A DNA stretch of 60,616 nt, filler included, from Sphacelaria rigidula (taxonomy: Eukaryota), in NCBI GenBank assembly GCA_964200075.2. It is 10 parts of 10 records of this genome, joined end to end, with 100 filler letters (N's around TTAATTAATTAA, not from the genome) between each part and the next. Parts side by side here need not be neighbours in the genome. Positions count along the whole stretch, not along the records: positions 48,575 to 54,545 come from CAXNAA020023106.1; positions 54,646 to 60,616 come from CAXNAA020023107.1; 8 more parts are not named here. One strand, 5' to 3'. A program made the translations under genes and the position numbers. Below are positions 48,575 to 60,616 of this stretch, one piece after another. The notes beneath the pieces were generated by a model. The model was not told the origin of the DNA, did not search any database, and saw only the letters and a list, made by a program, of their open reading frames with translations. Each line of letters begins with the position of its first letter. Position 1 is the stretch's first letter.

Positions 48575-51500
48575 AGAAAGGTGATACATCAAAAGTCAAC
48601 GTCCAGAGAATCGGAGAGTTGATCTGGTTTGCTCAGAGCTAGCCGAAAAACATTGCCCAACGGGCTGGGGTCCGAAGGATCAATCCACGGGAGAAAATCG
48701 TGTGTGGACGGGCTGAAATTCTCATATTTGTAGGAATCGAGATTCGTTGCAATAAAACTGTGCCCAACATGGGCGCAGACGATCTTCAATCATGTGAATG
48801 AAGTGTTCATGTCCAAAACTTCACAACTGGGCGGGGTAAAACGATTTGAAATTTGAATGAACAAGCTCATATATCGGAATTCTTCACTAACGGTGAATAT
48901 CCAAGGGGCCTTCTTAGAACTCTGCACTGCGCGTGTGTCGTCATCTCATCCATTCTGGACGCCCGTCTACCTTGTACTGGGGATGAATAATATATTCAAA
49001 CCTGTTTTTCTACACCCTCCTCGTATCTCGTATCTTCACGAGCCCGCGCTGAAGAGTGTTACCTCGATAGCCCCCCTTCCCAGAAAAATGACCGATTTGA
49101 GGAGCCAAAATCTACATGCGATTCGAAATGACAGAAACCGAGCACACCAACCAGCTGGGAACTACCACGCTCGGGATCGTTCTCGCTAATGTTGTCCATG
49201 TGAGGTACTTCATGCATTCTGAAATCAACTATCACGCACCGTGTGCCATGTTCTTCGTGACAGTTTTGGGGCTGGTCGGGGGGGGCGCTATCGCGGCATG
49301 TCTCTGAAGTTTTCATCAACATCCAGCCTTGTGTGTGATACTACAAATATGCTACAACGGGGATGGACCCGCTTCCTAGTTGACATTTCCTCCAGTCATG
49401 CCAAAAATGGTTATCTTCTTAGACGAGTGAATCACCGAACGATTCTCACCATGACATTTTGTTCACCTTAATCCCAGCATCAAGTGGGTGTATGGTATGA
49501 TATATATATATATGTGTGTGTAAAGTACGACAATCAATCAACCAATCGATTAATGTGTGTGGTATGGTGAAAATATTCCCGAACATCCCGAGAAAAGTAT
49601 CGATGAAGGAATCTTTCTCGGGACCAGCTCGTAGACGCAGGCGGAATGGATACTCGGAGAAATGACATCTTCAGGTAGTGTGGTAGCTATGAAGGCCGAT
49701 TCACGCTTATCACCGAATATTGTTATCAACAAATGCCTTCCGCAATACCTACTACCCAGTAGTTGCATACATAGTACGAGGTATCATACTGACTGCAACA
49801 AACAAACGAATGGGGTGACAGCCGGATTTTTGTTCAAGGCCGTAACGGTGATGCTATGGGCTAAAATGTACCTCGGCCAATCAGCGGCCTTCAAGTTGTT
49901 CCGAAATCGACAGTACGAATTCTCAATCCAATCTTTACACAGTCTCCACATGCTTCAAATCGTAGTAACCACCATCAGCTTAGGAATCTGACAGGAAAAA
50001 ATATTCGGAAGCGATCACTATGGGATCGAGGTATACCCCAAATCGTAATATTTCGTTGATGTTGGAAATATATTTTGTCAAAAACTACTTCAAAGCTTCT
50101 AAAAGACTTCGAAGCCTCTCCGTTCTCTACCACCTTCCGGGGGTCCCAGCGTGATACCCTCGGAAGCGGGTACAGAATGCCCCAAGGTAAGAAAGAAAAT
50201 AACTATACGTCCGGGGCTCGTCCAAGGAACACATGTGCAGAGTTTGTTCGCGTAACTCGAAAACCAGATGCAGTTTTTTCGCATCAATGCTGAAGATACC
50301 CGAAAAAAACGTTTTCACACTAGATTCAGGTAGTCAAGAGTTTACACGTTTGAGGCTCACTTCATCACACCAAAACGCGAATGTTCTCGCCGATTTTCGG
50401 AGTTAGACTTTGCAGCTTTGCACACATCTACTGTGGGACACTAAAAAACGCTAATTTAGCAGGATCTTTTTTTTATTTTTGTGCCAGTTATCGGGGGTCC
50501 CAGAAGGGTATGTGGCTACCCAGGACCCGGGCTCCCCGGACAACCGGCGAAAATAAACGAAACTCTCGAAATAGTTCGTGCATGAAAAGATTCATCATCA
50601 TGCATAGTATATGTGTGAAAATTCTCACAGCGCAAGTCCGAGCATTGGCGTGAACATTTGCGGACGAGCGAACCAGCCTCCTGTACTACCAGAACCTGTG
50701 CGCAGGAACAGCGAGTTTCCACCAACAGTTTGAAAAGTGTTCAACTTCCGCTCTACTGTTGACAATTCGGGTAAACAGCGGCTTGTGCGCTGGTTGATTT
50801 CTATGATCGCTCCTGGTAGACCTCTCTGTTCTTCGTTTTTTTACGGCTTCTGACAGTCTTACGTATCACCAGGGGGTGTTCGATTTATCGTAGCACACGT
50901 GATATGCGCACGATGGTGTGTTTTCGTCGCTGCAGTGTGTAACGACATTTTTACTACCTTGTCCAGGAAACAGCCTGCGTGCAGAACACCAATGCCCGCC
51001 CTCGTCGTGACTGTGTACATCGCGCACAGGCAAGCAGGGAAGGAGCGTGTGGCACAACTTGACCAGTCGAATTCTGAATGTGTCCGGGCTGAGTGAGCGA
51101 GGAGGTGGCGAGTCGCATGGGATCAACAACCAGCGTGGTTCGAGAGGTGGAAACGAGCTCTTCGTACTTGGCCCGGCCGTTGCGACCGTCGTCTTTGCTC
51201 TCGCCTTGGGGCTTGCTACTATTATACTTTTCAGGAGGTATGTTTGTAAGCACGCCGAAAGGTGCCGCCATACAGCGGTAGTCTAGTGGGCTATACACGC
51301 GGCGTGCCGCTAATGTTGCAAAAGGGTTCACCTTGGAGTGAACAACACCTATGCTTCTCGGTTTCTCTTGGTCTGAGATTCCGTTGCTACATGTTCTGTC
51401 AGCAAGTTGCTCTACACTCCACACGTTATTTTCTGAGTGGCTGTGACTCGCTAAATCTTCCAACAACCGATTCCAGGTGAACAGTGAACGGGTGAAGTCG

Positions 51501-52139
51501 TCGACTTTCAATCGGAGCATAGAGGTTGATGCACAAGTACGGGGTACTCAACAATGAGAGCAAATTCATGCACCACATGGCAGCTATTACCAGCCGGTGT
51601 GCTCCAGCTTCAACCGGAGCCATGAACAGAAATGGCAACAGATCTTCCCGCTGCCTGCAATAGGTATTTTCAGATGTGTGAAAACCATCATTTTGACAGC
51701 TCGCGGAACGACGCTTCACCCCTTCTCGCACGTCCTTTGTTTCTTTCAGGCGCAATAAGCGAGGGATAGCTTCCCAAGCTGAGCGTCCGGAACAAAAGCA
51801 CAGCGAAGGTGCTCAGAACGAAAGAGAGCAGTCACCAATACGTAGCAACAACGATAAAGAGGGGATTACACCAAGTGCATCTTCGGCAAACAGCAGCATC
51901 TCCCCGTCACCGAACCAGCATCGGAGAATGTGAGCTCTCCTTCGTCGTCTTCTTCCTTGTCGTCTTCCTCTTTCTTCTGTCTGTCTTGTCTTGCTGTCGA
52001 CCTATCAGTCTGTCTGCATATACATGTATATGTACATAAAATGAGTATGAAGGTACCGCAAAGCATCAGATGAATGATGCCGCGGTAGCCCCCCCTCAGG
52101 AAAGTGTGATGGGGACCGAGGCAAAAATCGACATGTCAG

Positions 52140-52420
52140 GTATTTACACCTGGTTTCTGAAACTAGCTATACCTGCATTCTTCAAAATCGAGACCTGGTT
52201 TCTTTCTGGAAGCAGGTATATTTGCGTCCTTCACGAAATATGTCAAGACCTGATTTTTTAATCAAGGTATGTCTGTATTTTTCAAAATAAATGCCAAGAC
52301 CTGGTTCCTTAACCAGGCTATCTGCATTCTTCATAATTAATTTCAAGACCTGCTTTCTGAAACCATTCATCCCCACCCTTCATTATAGATTCTAAGACTT
52401 GGTTTCTGAAACCACCTGTC
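52140..52420 (+). repeat. Degenerate ~50-bp minisatellite (core GACCTGGTTTCTGAAA)
   Basis: Core variants near 52148, 52192, 52247, 52297, 52347 and 52396. Confidence 0.7.
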
Positions 52421-52760
52421 ATTTCGATGCGCTGTATGGCCATTTCCCCGAGACAGAGTTTTGGCCCTTCGGGGAATGCCATCGCGACACCACTCTTCTC
52501 ATCACCATTCCGTCTGGTTTTGCCTTGATATTTCTCTTCTTGTATTCAGAGTGCATCTCTCATCTCCCCCCTTTCTCTCTCTCCCTCACTTTATCCGTCG
52601 ACAATCCAAAACCAATCACCCGCATTCTCTATCAACTCTGACTGTTGAAAAATACCCCATCTCCAAGAACACTCACTCCGAACCCTTCAGATTAATCTCC
52701 TTCCCTCTCACTTTCCCCCATTTTGTACTCTTCTTTTCAACCGTGGTTATACACAAACAG

Positions 52761-53007
52761 CACCAGTCAAGAAAATCATGCTCGAGGGGGAGGAGGCGTG
52801 AGACGTATCAGCCTTTACGACGTCCTCACCTCCGACACGCCTATCAACCTGCGGGCAGACGGGATGGGCATGGCCACACCCTTAGGGGCAAGTAAGGGGA
52901 GCGGCTTTGCCCCCCCCGGCTCGCGAAGAGCGTCCATCTTCGATCGAATTGCGGATGTCGTTTTCTACGAGGAACAAAACGAGGACGAGCCTGTTGATGC
53001 CTTGGCT
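52761..53007 (+). CDS. Internal exon of a PDZ-domain protein gene
   Basis: Pyrimidine tract then ACAAACAG|; open frame TSQENHARGG..RRISLYDVLT..RRASIFDRIADVVFYEEQNEDEPVDALA; donor |GTAAGG. Confidence 0.6.
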
Positions 53008-53364
53008 GTAAGGTTAGCTCCATTATAGATTGAAGTGTTGCAGCACAAACGATGAGTGACGCTCACATACAGTTGGGCAAGATAAACGGTACACCTGTAG
53101 GTTAAAAAAACCCAGCTTGACTGGCGCTTGTATTACAACATTTTCCCGAGATTTTTGTGTCAATGAAAATATGGGATGCTCCGATGTGTACATGGCTGTA
53201 CAATGTGCAGCAAATGTATTTCTGTGGTGCTTTTGGATGTCCCTACGCTGTTTATGTAAGTTTGGAGAGTCCGAAGCGTGTGCCGCGCGTGACGTTTTCA
53301 CTTCGTTCTGCATTACTTAGAGAGAGAGAGAGAGAGCGTTTTGTCTTTTTCACCCCGCATCCAG

Positions 53365-53465
53365 ACGGGCTCACCACACCTCTCACACGTCGACAAGGTG
53401 TCTGACCCTCAGAAACTCCTTCCTCGGGAGTCATTTCCGGCCCATATGAGAATGCGTGGTCGAAG
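53365..53465 (+). CDS. Probable small exon of the PDZ-domain protein gene
   Basis: Acceptor CATCCAG|, TGSPHLSHVDKVSDPQKLLPRESFPAHMRMRGRR. Its phases (0 in, 2 out) reconcile the flanking exons, but the donor GTCGAG is weak. Confidence 0.4.
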
Positions 53466-53549
53466 GTCGAGTAACTGTGCGTACTGTCTAATGACATGAT
53501 GTATCCCTCCCTCGTTGCCTGCTGTCTTCGCAACATCATGGTGGTGTAG

Positions 53550-53679
53550 GATTGGACTGGAAGACGAATTTGAAGTGACGTTTAGAGAAGGGGCTATGGG
53601 AATGACTTTGTCCATGGAGCCGGGAACCAGGAATGCCGTCGTAGGGACGATTGTGCCGAATGGTCAGGCCTACCGTGCG
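53550..53679 (+). CDS. Exon encoding the N-terminal half of a PDZ domain
   Basis: EFEVTFREGAMGMTLSMEPGTRNAVVGTIVPNGQAYRA has a GLGF-like loop (GAMGM) and V..I.P.G.A. Acceptor TGTAG|, donor |GTGAGA. Confidence 0.7.
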
Positions 53680-54267
53680 GTGAGACTGATCATTTTTCCG
53701 GGGATTTGCGCGATTTAAAGAATGGAAGCTCTCGCCATCGAATACTTACTTTCGTTGCTTGCTTCGCGAGCAGCTCGATATTTGCTTCACGATTAGTGGG
53801 GGCATATGTTCAGGGTTGACTTGTACGCGTGCTGTGTGTGTTTGATGCGAATCAGTGATGTAAATTTGTTTGTATGTACGACGTGTTCTTCGCGGTGGAA
53901 TCGTCCGAAACGACATGCACGATATTTGTTTGGCATTGGCTAAAATTGCTGGCAAACAGAATGCTTGTCGCAAAGCCCAACAGCAGTGACAACGGCATGG
54001 CGACCTCTGCTCTGCTCAGCCGTAGTCATACCTTTTGAAGAGAAATGAGGTCCATGGCAGTCGTACTACTGCAGCTCTCCATCCCGCAGAAGGTAAAGCC
54101 AATGAACCACGAAGAAAGCGGGGAGCATCTCCTCGTGGACCTACGGTCTATTGCGCCGAGTAATCGCCACAATCCTCTCATGGACCTAAAATTACTCAAT
54201 ATCACTCTTCCAGATCTCGTTGTATCTCAGAACCTCCTCTACTTCTTCACCCCCCTCTTCCCCCCAG

Positions 54268-54545
54268 TCGTCTCGAAATGCCGGACGGGAACGAAGGTGA
54301 CATGGAATCGTTTGATGCACTAGACAGTAGTAGGGAGAAAACGATGGTTATACTAGGAGATAGATGGTGGCCACAGACGGCGAAATAGGACGGGGATAAG
54401 ATATGTAAACAGTTTTTGTCTAGTGTATGGGAGGAACGTAATGAACACCTAAATGATGGACGTGTCCTTATTAGGAGTAGGGACGGTGCTCCGTCTCGAA
54501 AGGGATGCGTGGTCAATGGCCAAACGACTAAGGCAAGCAACAAAT
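54268..54545 (+). mobile_element. Non-LTR retrotransposon 3' end remnant
   Basis: MESFDALDSSREKTMVILGDRWWPQ..ICKQFLSSVWEERN..SRKGCVVNG; the last 60 bp recur at 57296-57356. Confidence 0.6.
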
Positions 54546-54645
54546 NNNNNNNNNNNNNNNNNNNNNNNNNNNNNNNNNNNNNNNNNNNNTTAATTAATTA
54601 ANNNNNNNNNNNNNNNNNNNNNNNNNNNNNNNNNNNNNNNNNNNN
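54546..54645. other. Artificial 100-bp contig linker
   Basis: N44-TTAATTAATTAA-N44. Confidence 0.98.
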
Positions 54646-54716
54646 CTCCGTCCCGGCTTTGTAGGGATACAAGGTCAATGGTCTCACGACTATGGTGTGC
54701 ATGATCATGAGTACCG
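54646..54716 (+). mobile_element. Non-LTR retroelement 3' terminus fragment
   Basis: GGTCAATGGTCTCACGACTATGGTGTGCATGATCATGAGTAC, similar to 24140-24188 on the minus strand. Confidence 0.5.
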
Positions 54717-56888
54717 AGCCATCAACGAGCTTAGGCCCGACTTCAGATTTACCTACAGTTGACATTAGCGATGGGAGTGGTCCACGTTTGGAAACCAAGT
54801 CCCAACGGTCAGAGCGAAATATTTCCCCTATTTTCCTCGATGCGATGCAGCAAAAAAATGAACTACTTAATGAAAATGCTCGACACTGGTAGATCTTAGA
54901 CCAAGCAGATCTCCACACTGGAGCAGACTTGGCTGAAAATAAATCTACATGCAGCTCTGCCAAGTGTAATCAGGTAGATGTACAGTTCGCTAATTCCATC
55001 ATACCCCGTTTGCTGCGATTTACACCCCCCCCCAGACACGTCTATTTTCGAGACGTTTTATGGGTGTCAACGACGCTTGCTCTTGACTGCGCGTGCGCTC
55101 AGCAGATCATAGAGAGTACCACGCAACACACCGCGGAAGATCCCTCGCTGTTGTTCCGGACATACGGTGTTCGCCGAAGGTTGGGTGTCCTCAAAGTCAG
55201 GAGAAGTATAAACACAAAATAAGTTCGACCAAAACAATCTCTAGCCTATCAATAGGATGAGCGGGAAGGCCGGGAAAGAGAGTCACCATAAGTTTGCTCA
55301 CAAGATCAAGTGCTGCACATTGGCTATCAGCATGTTGCATGTGTGACATTTCGTATGACAGCAGGCGTTTAGGCTCATGGCAATTTTGGCCTTCGTGTCC
55401 GCTTGCGTTTGCCACGTGTAGGTCGACGAGGACAGCTGACGACATCAAGCAATGGGTGTTTGACCGGTGGAGTTCCAACGCTACAGTCTGGACCCATAGT
55501 ACTTATGGATTCCAGGGTAATGTTGGTACCACGCTTCATTTATGAAGTCAGAGTTTCTACACGGGCAGTGGCGTGTCGCACCCCACGGCATATGATGAAC
55601 ACCTCACGCTGAATCGACACATCATTGTGAATTACGTCTTCGGCTAGACTACAGCGTAAGCCTCTCCCACTAGGTCCTCGCCGCGCTGAGTGACAGGGGT
55701 GATCGTGTTATGCCAGCCATTCACGTCTAACGAAGCTACCAAATCTCACCCCAGACCACAAAAGAAGCGTGCTGTTACTTTTGATCCGTTCGAACATTTT
55801 AGTGCTCAGTGGCCTGCTCTGTAAATTGTGAACGATGGAGCATGCACGTTTCCCCCCCGCACGTCAGCTCGTCATTGAGCCCCTAGTTGTTGCCAAGCTC
55901 TCCATCACCGCGGCGTGTATGCTCGGTTACACGACAGCGTAGGCCACGCTACCAGCTGTAGGTCTCTCTACGCACCACGAGGGATGGTGTCATCTGAATA
56001 GCTCAGTTTTTGAGGAGACTTGGGAATTTCGAGCGGCGGTTACTACTGCGTTTTCCTGTACAGTCGCACATGCTTAGCCCTTTTGGAACCCTCCCGTCCT
56101 GTCCCCGGGCCAAGCGCCTCATTATGAGGAGGTCTGACTAAGAGGAATAGATGGAGGCAGAAAAGGCCGACGGCAACCATTTTATAATGGAAGGACGAAG
56201 AAGAATCCAGTAGCACACGCGGCGGGTGCAGGAAAAATATCCTCCCTGGAGAGGTCGGGTGAGGTTTGTCCAATCATACCACGCAAAGGATGAAGTGTGT
56301 CCAATCGTATCCATCGACAAGAATCAGCGAAAAGACTATGAAACATTCCATTAAAAAAACAGCAATGAGTTCCAGGGTCTGATACGACAAATCGGTGAAT
56401 AGGAAACCTTCTTTTGTTCCATTTGTCACTCGCACGGGTCTGAAAAAATCGCATTTGGTGGATGTTGTTTCGTCTGAGCTGTAAACCATAACCCATATCT
56501 TGCTCAAAAATCGTCAATTGCGAATGATCAATTTTTCATTGTGAGTTCAAAAAGGGTTAGGAAGGTATGGATAACTCACGTAGTCGTTCCGCGTTTGCGC
56601 GTGTGCCTGACAACGTGTTTTTTGCTCCGATTCGTGATTCCTTCACTCAAACCGTACCTTCGGCCTGAAAAAGAAGGGGAAACAACGCGGGGACTGGTTT
56701 TGAACCATGGTCCACGCTCATCTCTGATGTTACCTATACATACCTTGCTTACAACAAATATTTCAAAATCATAGTCCCATGGCGTTGGATGCCGCATCGA
56801 ATGTACCTTTTTACCCCTCCTCTATCGCTCTGCCATTCTCCCATATCCCTTCCCGCTCTCGCCCAGGGCATCATTAGAGAATTCTCAC

Positions 56889-57010
56889 CTGGTCGTTATC
56901 CGTACGTCGGAGGGGCCCGGACCCCCGGTGAACGGATGAACCGACACATCCAGACGGCCCCTGTTCATGTCGAAACCCAAGCGCTCGGCGATGTCTTTGC
57001 ATAATGCAGC
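56889..57010 (-). CDS. M32 metallocarboxypeptidase (carboxypeptidase Taq-like) exon
   Basis: AALCKDIAERLGFDMNRGRLDVSVHPFTGGPGPSDVRITTR carries the M32 signatures HPF and DXRXT; acceptor ATGCAG|, donor |GTGAGA. Confidence 0.92.
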
Positions 57011-57295
57011 CTGCATAACGAAGATTTCCGGAATGAAGAGCTGTTTACGTCCATTTGTGGCAAGAACAGCCCCCATGTTTTGTTCGGCGTGAGTTTCCGT
57101 CGCTTAAGGTCGTCAAGTCTTCGTATGGGTGAAATCGTCAAGCGGTGCAGTTCTCATCCACGCCTTCCGTTGAACTGCACTCAACTTGTTTAGGTAAATG
57201 AAAACTCGTTGAGATGAGAAGACTGGTGAGTGTCTTGTCTCAATTGTCTTCAACCTGTGTAACACGTGTCATCTGCACCCCCCCACCTCTGCCCA

Positions 57296-57385
57296 GTGCT
57301 CCGTCTCGAAAGGGATGCGTGGTCAATGGTCAAACGGCTAAGGCAAGCAACAAATGAGTGCGCCGCCCCCCCTCCCCCCCCCTCC
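57296..57385 (+). mobile_element. Severely 5'-truncated non-LTR insertion inside an M32 intron
   Basis: Near-identical to 54486-54545 and followed by TGAGTGCGCCG + poly-C tail. Confidence 0.65.
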
Positions 57386-58429
57386 GCGCACCGCGCACGC
57401 CTCCTGTGCATAATGACCCGCAAAGCACTTGGTACGAGCTGAGCTTCGCCTGTTGTTCCATGAACGAGAACCCACATCACCTTCGCTGCCCGACATGGCC
57501 GCTCCCCCTCCCCCCAGAAACCCGACGCGTTTTCTTAGCTATAGTAGTTTTCATCTGAGACAGGACATTTTTGTAATTGTTTCCGTGGTCGACGATTTTC
57601 AATGGTTTTCTCGCGTGCCACCGCTCATCACAGCGAGCGATCAATCCCAACGTTCGGGAGTCGGAAGGTACTGGGCATCCGCTCCACATTCCGAAACAAA
57701 AGTCATCTCTGTGTTCAATATTGAACGACTTCCGAGCTGAATTTACGGGGGCGGAGAATTGATCGTTTTTGGTCCAAACCACTTTTCTTTTCGGCTATAG
57801 CGCAATGAACAGGTGAAAAAAACAGTAATAAGGGTCCGTAGAATCATGAGAGTGATCGGAATTGGTTCGCCCCCGCCTGCGCTATGCAGAGCTCGGGAGG
57901 GCAATTTTCGTTCTTGGCGCTTTAACGTCCTAGCATCGATGGATATTGGGGAGATGAGCAGGTCGTACTCAGCACACAATCCTCAATTGATGTTGTTGGG
58001 GTGATACGGAGTAAGTACCTTGTTCATCAAGGGGTGTTATCGACTGTGAATGGTCCAAAAATACAGTTTTTCGGTTCTAGCGTGAAACACAGGTAGGAAT
58101 AAAAAAATTGAAAAAAATCCTCATTTGTTCACGAAAAAGATTGGGACTACATCAATCGAGCAAAAATACTCACGGGTCAAAACCTGGGGCTGGGCAGTCT
58201 CAGGACCCCAAAAACCGGTCAGCCGGTAACTCGTTCAATAATGAGCGCAGATGTGGTCTTATTTCGGAATGCAGAGGGGATGCCTAGTGTCTCCCGATCC
58301 CCAAACTTAGGAAATCAAACGTTTACTCGGATGAGCGTTGGCACGCGAAAACCCTTTCGATTATGTCCCCGACTACAAAAAAACTACGAAAATCTCCTAT
58401 TTCAGATTTGGACTACCGTACAAGCTCAC

Positions 58430-58516
58430 CTGCTCCTCTTGACTCCATTGGGCACCTGGATGCAGTGCCGCCGGGTACCGGTCTGCCGCAGCCCCCGAAC
58501 TCTCCTCCTCCGCCAC
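58430..58516 (-). CDS. M32 carboxypeptidase exon (not in the ORF track)
   Basis: TTGCCAG|VAEEESSGAAADRYPAALHPGAQWSQEEQ|GTGAGC; 87 nt, phase 0/0, links AIEKK to AALCK. Confidence 0.75.
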
Positions 58517-59287
58517 CTGGCAATCATCAGCAGGGTAATATTTTGGCAAGGTTTGCCCGAGAAACGCACATGAGCCGATCTCGTGCGCTTGAACCCGTCG
58601 ACTGGGGCAGCTGCATCAGCGGCTGCACTAAACCCGTCTGCACCAGTTCCGGCAAGACAAGCGTTGACCAATTACGTGGTGTAAAGAAATACATCAGTGG
58701 CGGAACATAAGCTGTCCTATTCTCACAAGTTGACTTGCCAGTTCTTCATTGATCAAAGCATACACGACTAAATAGTTAGGGGAGCGGGCAGTGCAACACT
58801 TTTGCAATATTTTTTCGGAAAACCCGTATCATCTCGATTGTTCGACCTACGGTCATAAAAACTATCGGGGTCCGATTTCCTTGGAAATCAGATGAACTGA
58901 ACCCCCTGACTATGTGGTAGCGTGGTGGATACGCCACGGACAGAGAGCACGGGGTGAAGCGTTGGGATACATCGCTGTACCTGGCCAGTAGTCTTATGTT
59001 GAGCTGGCATAAGGAACGCTCCGGCTGGACAGCAAACCTCTTTTCCCGACAATATCATCCACTCGGCGGTTACCCCGCGCTTCCTCCAGCCTTCCCTGCG
59101 ACTGCGGCTATCGAAAAATCGACCCCCTAGAGGTGTATGACTCTGATTGCTTGCAAAGTTGAGCTGCAATTTTTGGCTCAAGTGCGTGCAAAAGCTGTTC
59201 CTTGACAGTTGATATTGAAACGTCTTATAAAAGTAAAACCTTCTCGTTGGTTTGAATCATGGCACCTACGTATTGAATACTCCATGG

Positions 59288-59345
59288 TAGCAGTAGCAGC
59301 AGTAGCAGCAGTAGCAGCGGCAGCACAAGCAGCAGCACAAGCAGA
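59288..59345. repeat. (GCA/GTA)n intronic low-complexity repeat
   Basis: Direct sequence. Confidence 0.85.
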
Positions 59346-59370
59346 ACACACGCACCGCCGCACGACAAAC

Positions 59371-59541
59371 CTTCTTTTCAATAGCCCTCAATAACGGCAC
59401 AAGCTCAGCCTTGAGCTCGTCGAAAATGTCCTTCAGTCTCTCTCGTGACATGCCCCTCTCGAACTGGTCGACACACCCTGAGTAAGCGCTCCCGAGCTCC
59501 GGTCTGGTAACTTCAGCCACCTCCCTTCGAACGTCGACCAT
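59371..59541 (-). CDS. M32 carboxypeptidase exon
   Basis: MVDVRREVAEVTRPELGSAYSGCVDQFERGMSRERLKDIFDELKAELVPLLRAIEKK fits Y..L.D.FE.GM...L..IF..LK..L.PL; TAGCAG| and |GTTTGT; 171 nt. Confidence 0.88.
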
Positions 59542-60289
59542 CTGCTATTTGAGGGAAGAAAACTCAGCCTCTCGAGAACAAAGTTAGGCACTCACGTATA
59601 TATTTGGATCGGCGCCATCTCCAAAATTGGCGAAATCGATTTCGTTACCCAATAATGGTTAATTTGTTCATTCGTCCGAAGTAGCACGGTTCACTTTCGA
59701 GCAGTTTCTTTATCCGCTGGGAGGGCAGTCGAGACACTCATGAAAGCAACAAAGTCCCACAACCAGAATGAACGGTTTCGACCATCACCCTGAAATTCGG
59801 CGTTTTTTTGCATCAGAAATAAAGGCAAGTTACTGCTCACTCCGCGTCCTGCACCAGCGCATGGAGGTTTGGAGTGGCATGCGCCGGGCCCTATGCAGAT
59901 CTGCGTCATTCTCAGGAATGGCGGGAGCGTGGGGGGTCGGTGTGCTCGGAAGCCGCATACACGATCTCGGAACGATTTCACCCGATTTTTCAAGAGGTGC
60001 ACGGCGAGATGTCTGTGAATCTGCATGTCACGGTACGTGGAGGGTAACACACTTCACAAGCATGCGCACGGAACTAGGAAAACACCTCCCAACACTAGAG
60101 TAAGAAACGGCACGATAATCTCGTTCGGATCCGCAATACCAGTATAAATATTTCTGTTGAACCAGCAAGAGGCGGCAACATGAACGACGACAAGATAGCA
60201 ATGCTGTTCCCGTAGACAAGAAGCAACTGCTGCAATCTTTGAACGCCATCATGACAGCCACCACAACGACTACCGTCGCCAACACCAAC

Positions 60290-60481
60290 CTCTTGCATAA
60301 CGGGAGCAAACGCTCCCCAGTCTCCCTTGCCGCGGGCCTCGACCCACGCGGCGTAAGCCCTTGCCTCAACGTCTGCCTCTCTAGCGGCAAGATCTTGAGA
60401 CTTTCTTGTCTCGTGGTTGAAGTCGCGAAGGGCGTCGCGCACGACGGCAGCTTGTTGCGCCGTCAGGTCACTGCTCGATGA
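60290..60481 (-). CDS. M32 carboxypeptidase exon
   Basis: SSSSDLTAQQAAVVRDALRDFNHETRKSQDLAAREADVEARAYAAWVEARGKGDWGAFAPVMQE fits W..AR...D...FAP; CTGCAG| and |GTTGGT; 192 nt. Confidence 0.88.
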
Positions 60482-60616
60482 CTGCAGGTAGTACAGGTGC
60501 GCAGGGGAGGGAGAGACGAAGGGGGGGGGGGGGGGGGGGGGGGGGGCATTTTGTGCGGGTGATCTGCAGTTTAAGAATCACCCCGGCAGCCCTTTTCAAA
60601 CGGAAAAAAAATATTT

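Noticed and set aside
50866..51960. Decayed ORFs with a possible zinc-finger patch (HWC...NVVTHC)
   Set aside because: Similarity too weak to call a transposase.
22639..53679. A single SAC+PDZ gene spanning 31 kb
   Set aside because: The exons are on different, unrelated contigs.

Overview
Eukaryotic, repeat-rich DNA. The repeat families and the short-exon/long-intron gene style point to a brown alga (Phaeophyceae, Ectocarpus-like); this is an inference. The window is not one locus. It is ten contigs of 5972 or 5971 bp in descending length order, joined by identical 100-bp linkers (N44-TTAATTAATTAA-N44), so nothing should be read across a linker. Contents: (i) five pieces of decayed Ty3/Gypsy LTR retrotransposons, including a 3' LTR with polypurine tract and two overlapping copies of one family that together cover nearly all of gag-pol; (ii) non-LTR retrotransposon 3' remnants; (iii) many MITE, fold-back and minisatellite elements, among them piggyBac-like (TTAA), TA-flanked and hAT-like types; (iv) partial intron-containing host genes for a SAC1-type phosphoinositide phosphatase (5' exons), a PDZ-domain protein and an M32 (carboxypeptidase Taq-like) metallopeptidase. 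The most interesting signal is the Gypsy integrase tail, where a chromodomain-like module is followed by a second Tudor/PWWP-like module. The same clade also has an extra conserved domain between protease and RT, and one family has an expanded-loop CCHC knuckle. No CRISPR array, rRNA or intact tRNA was found.
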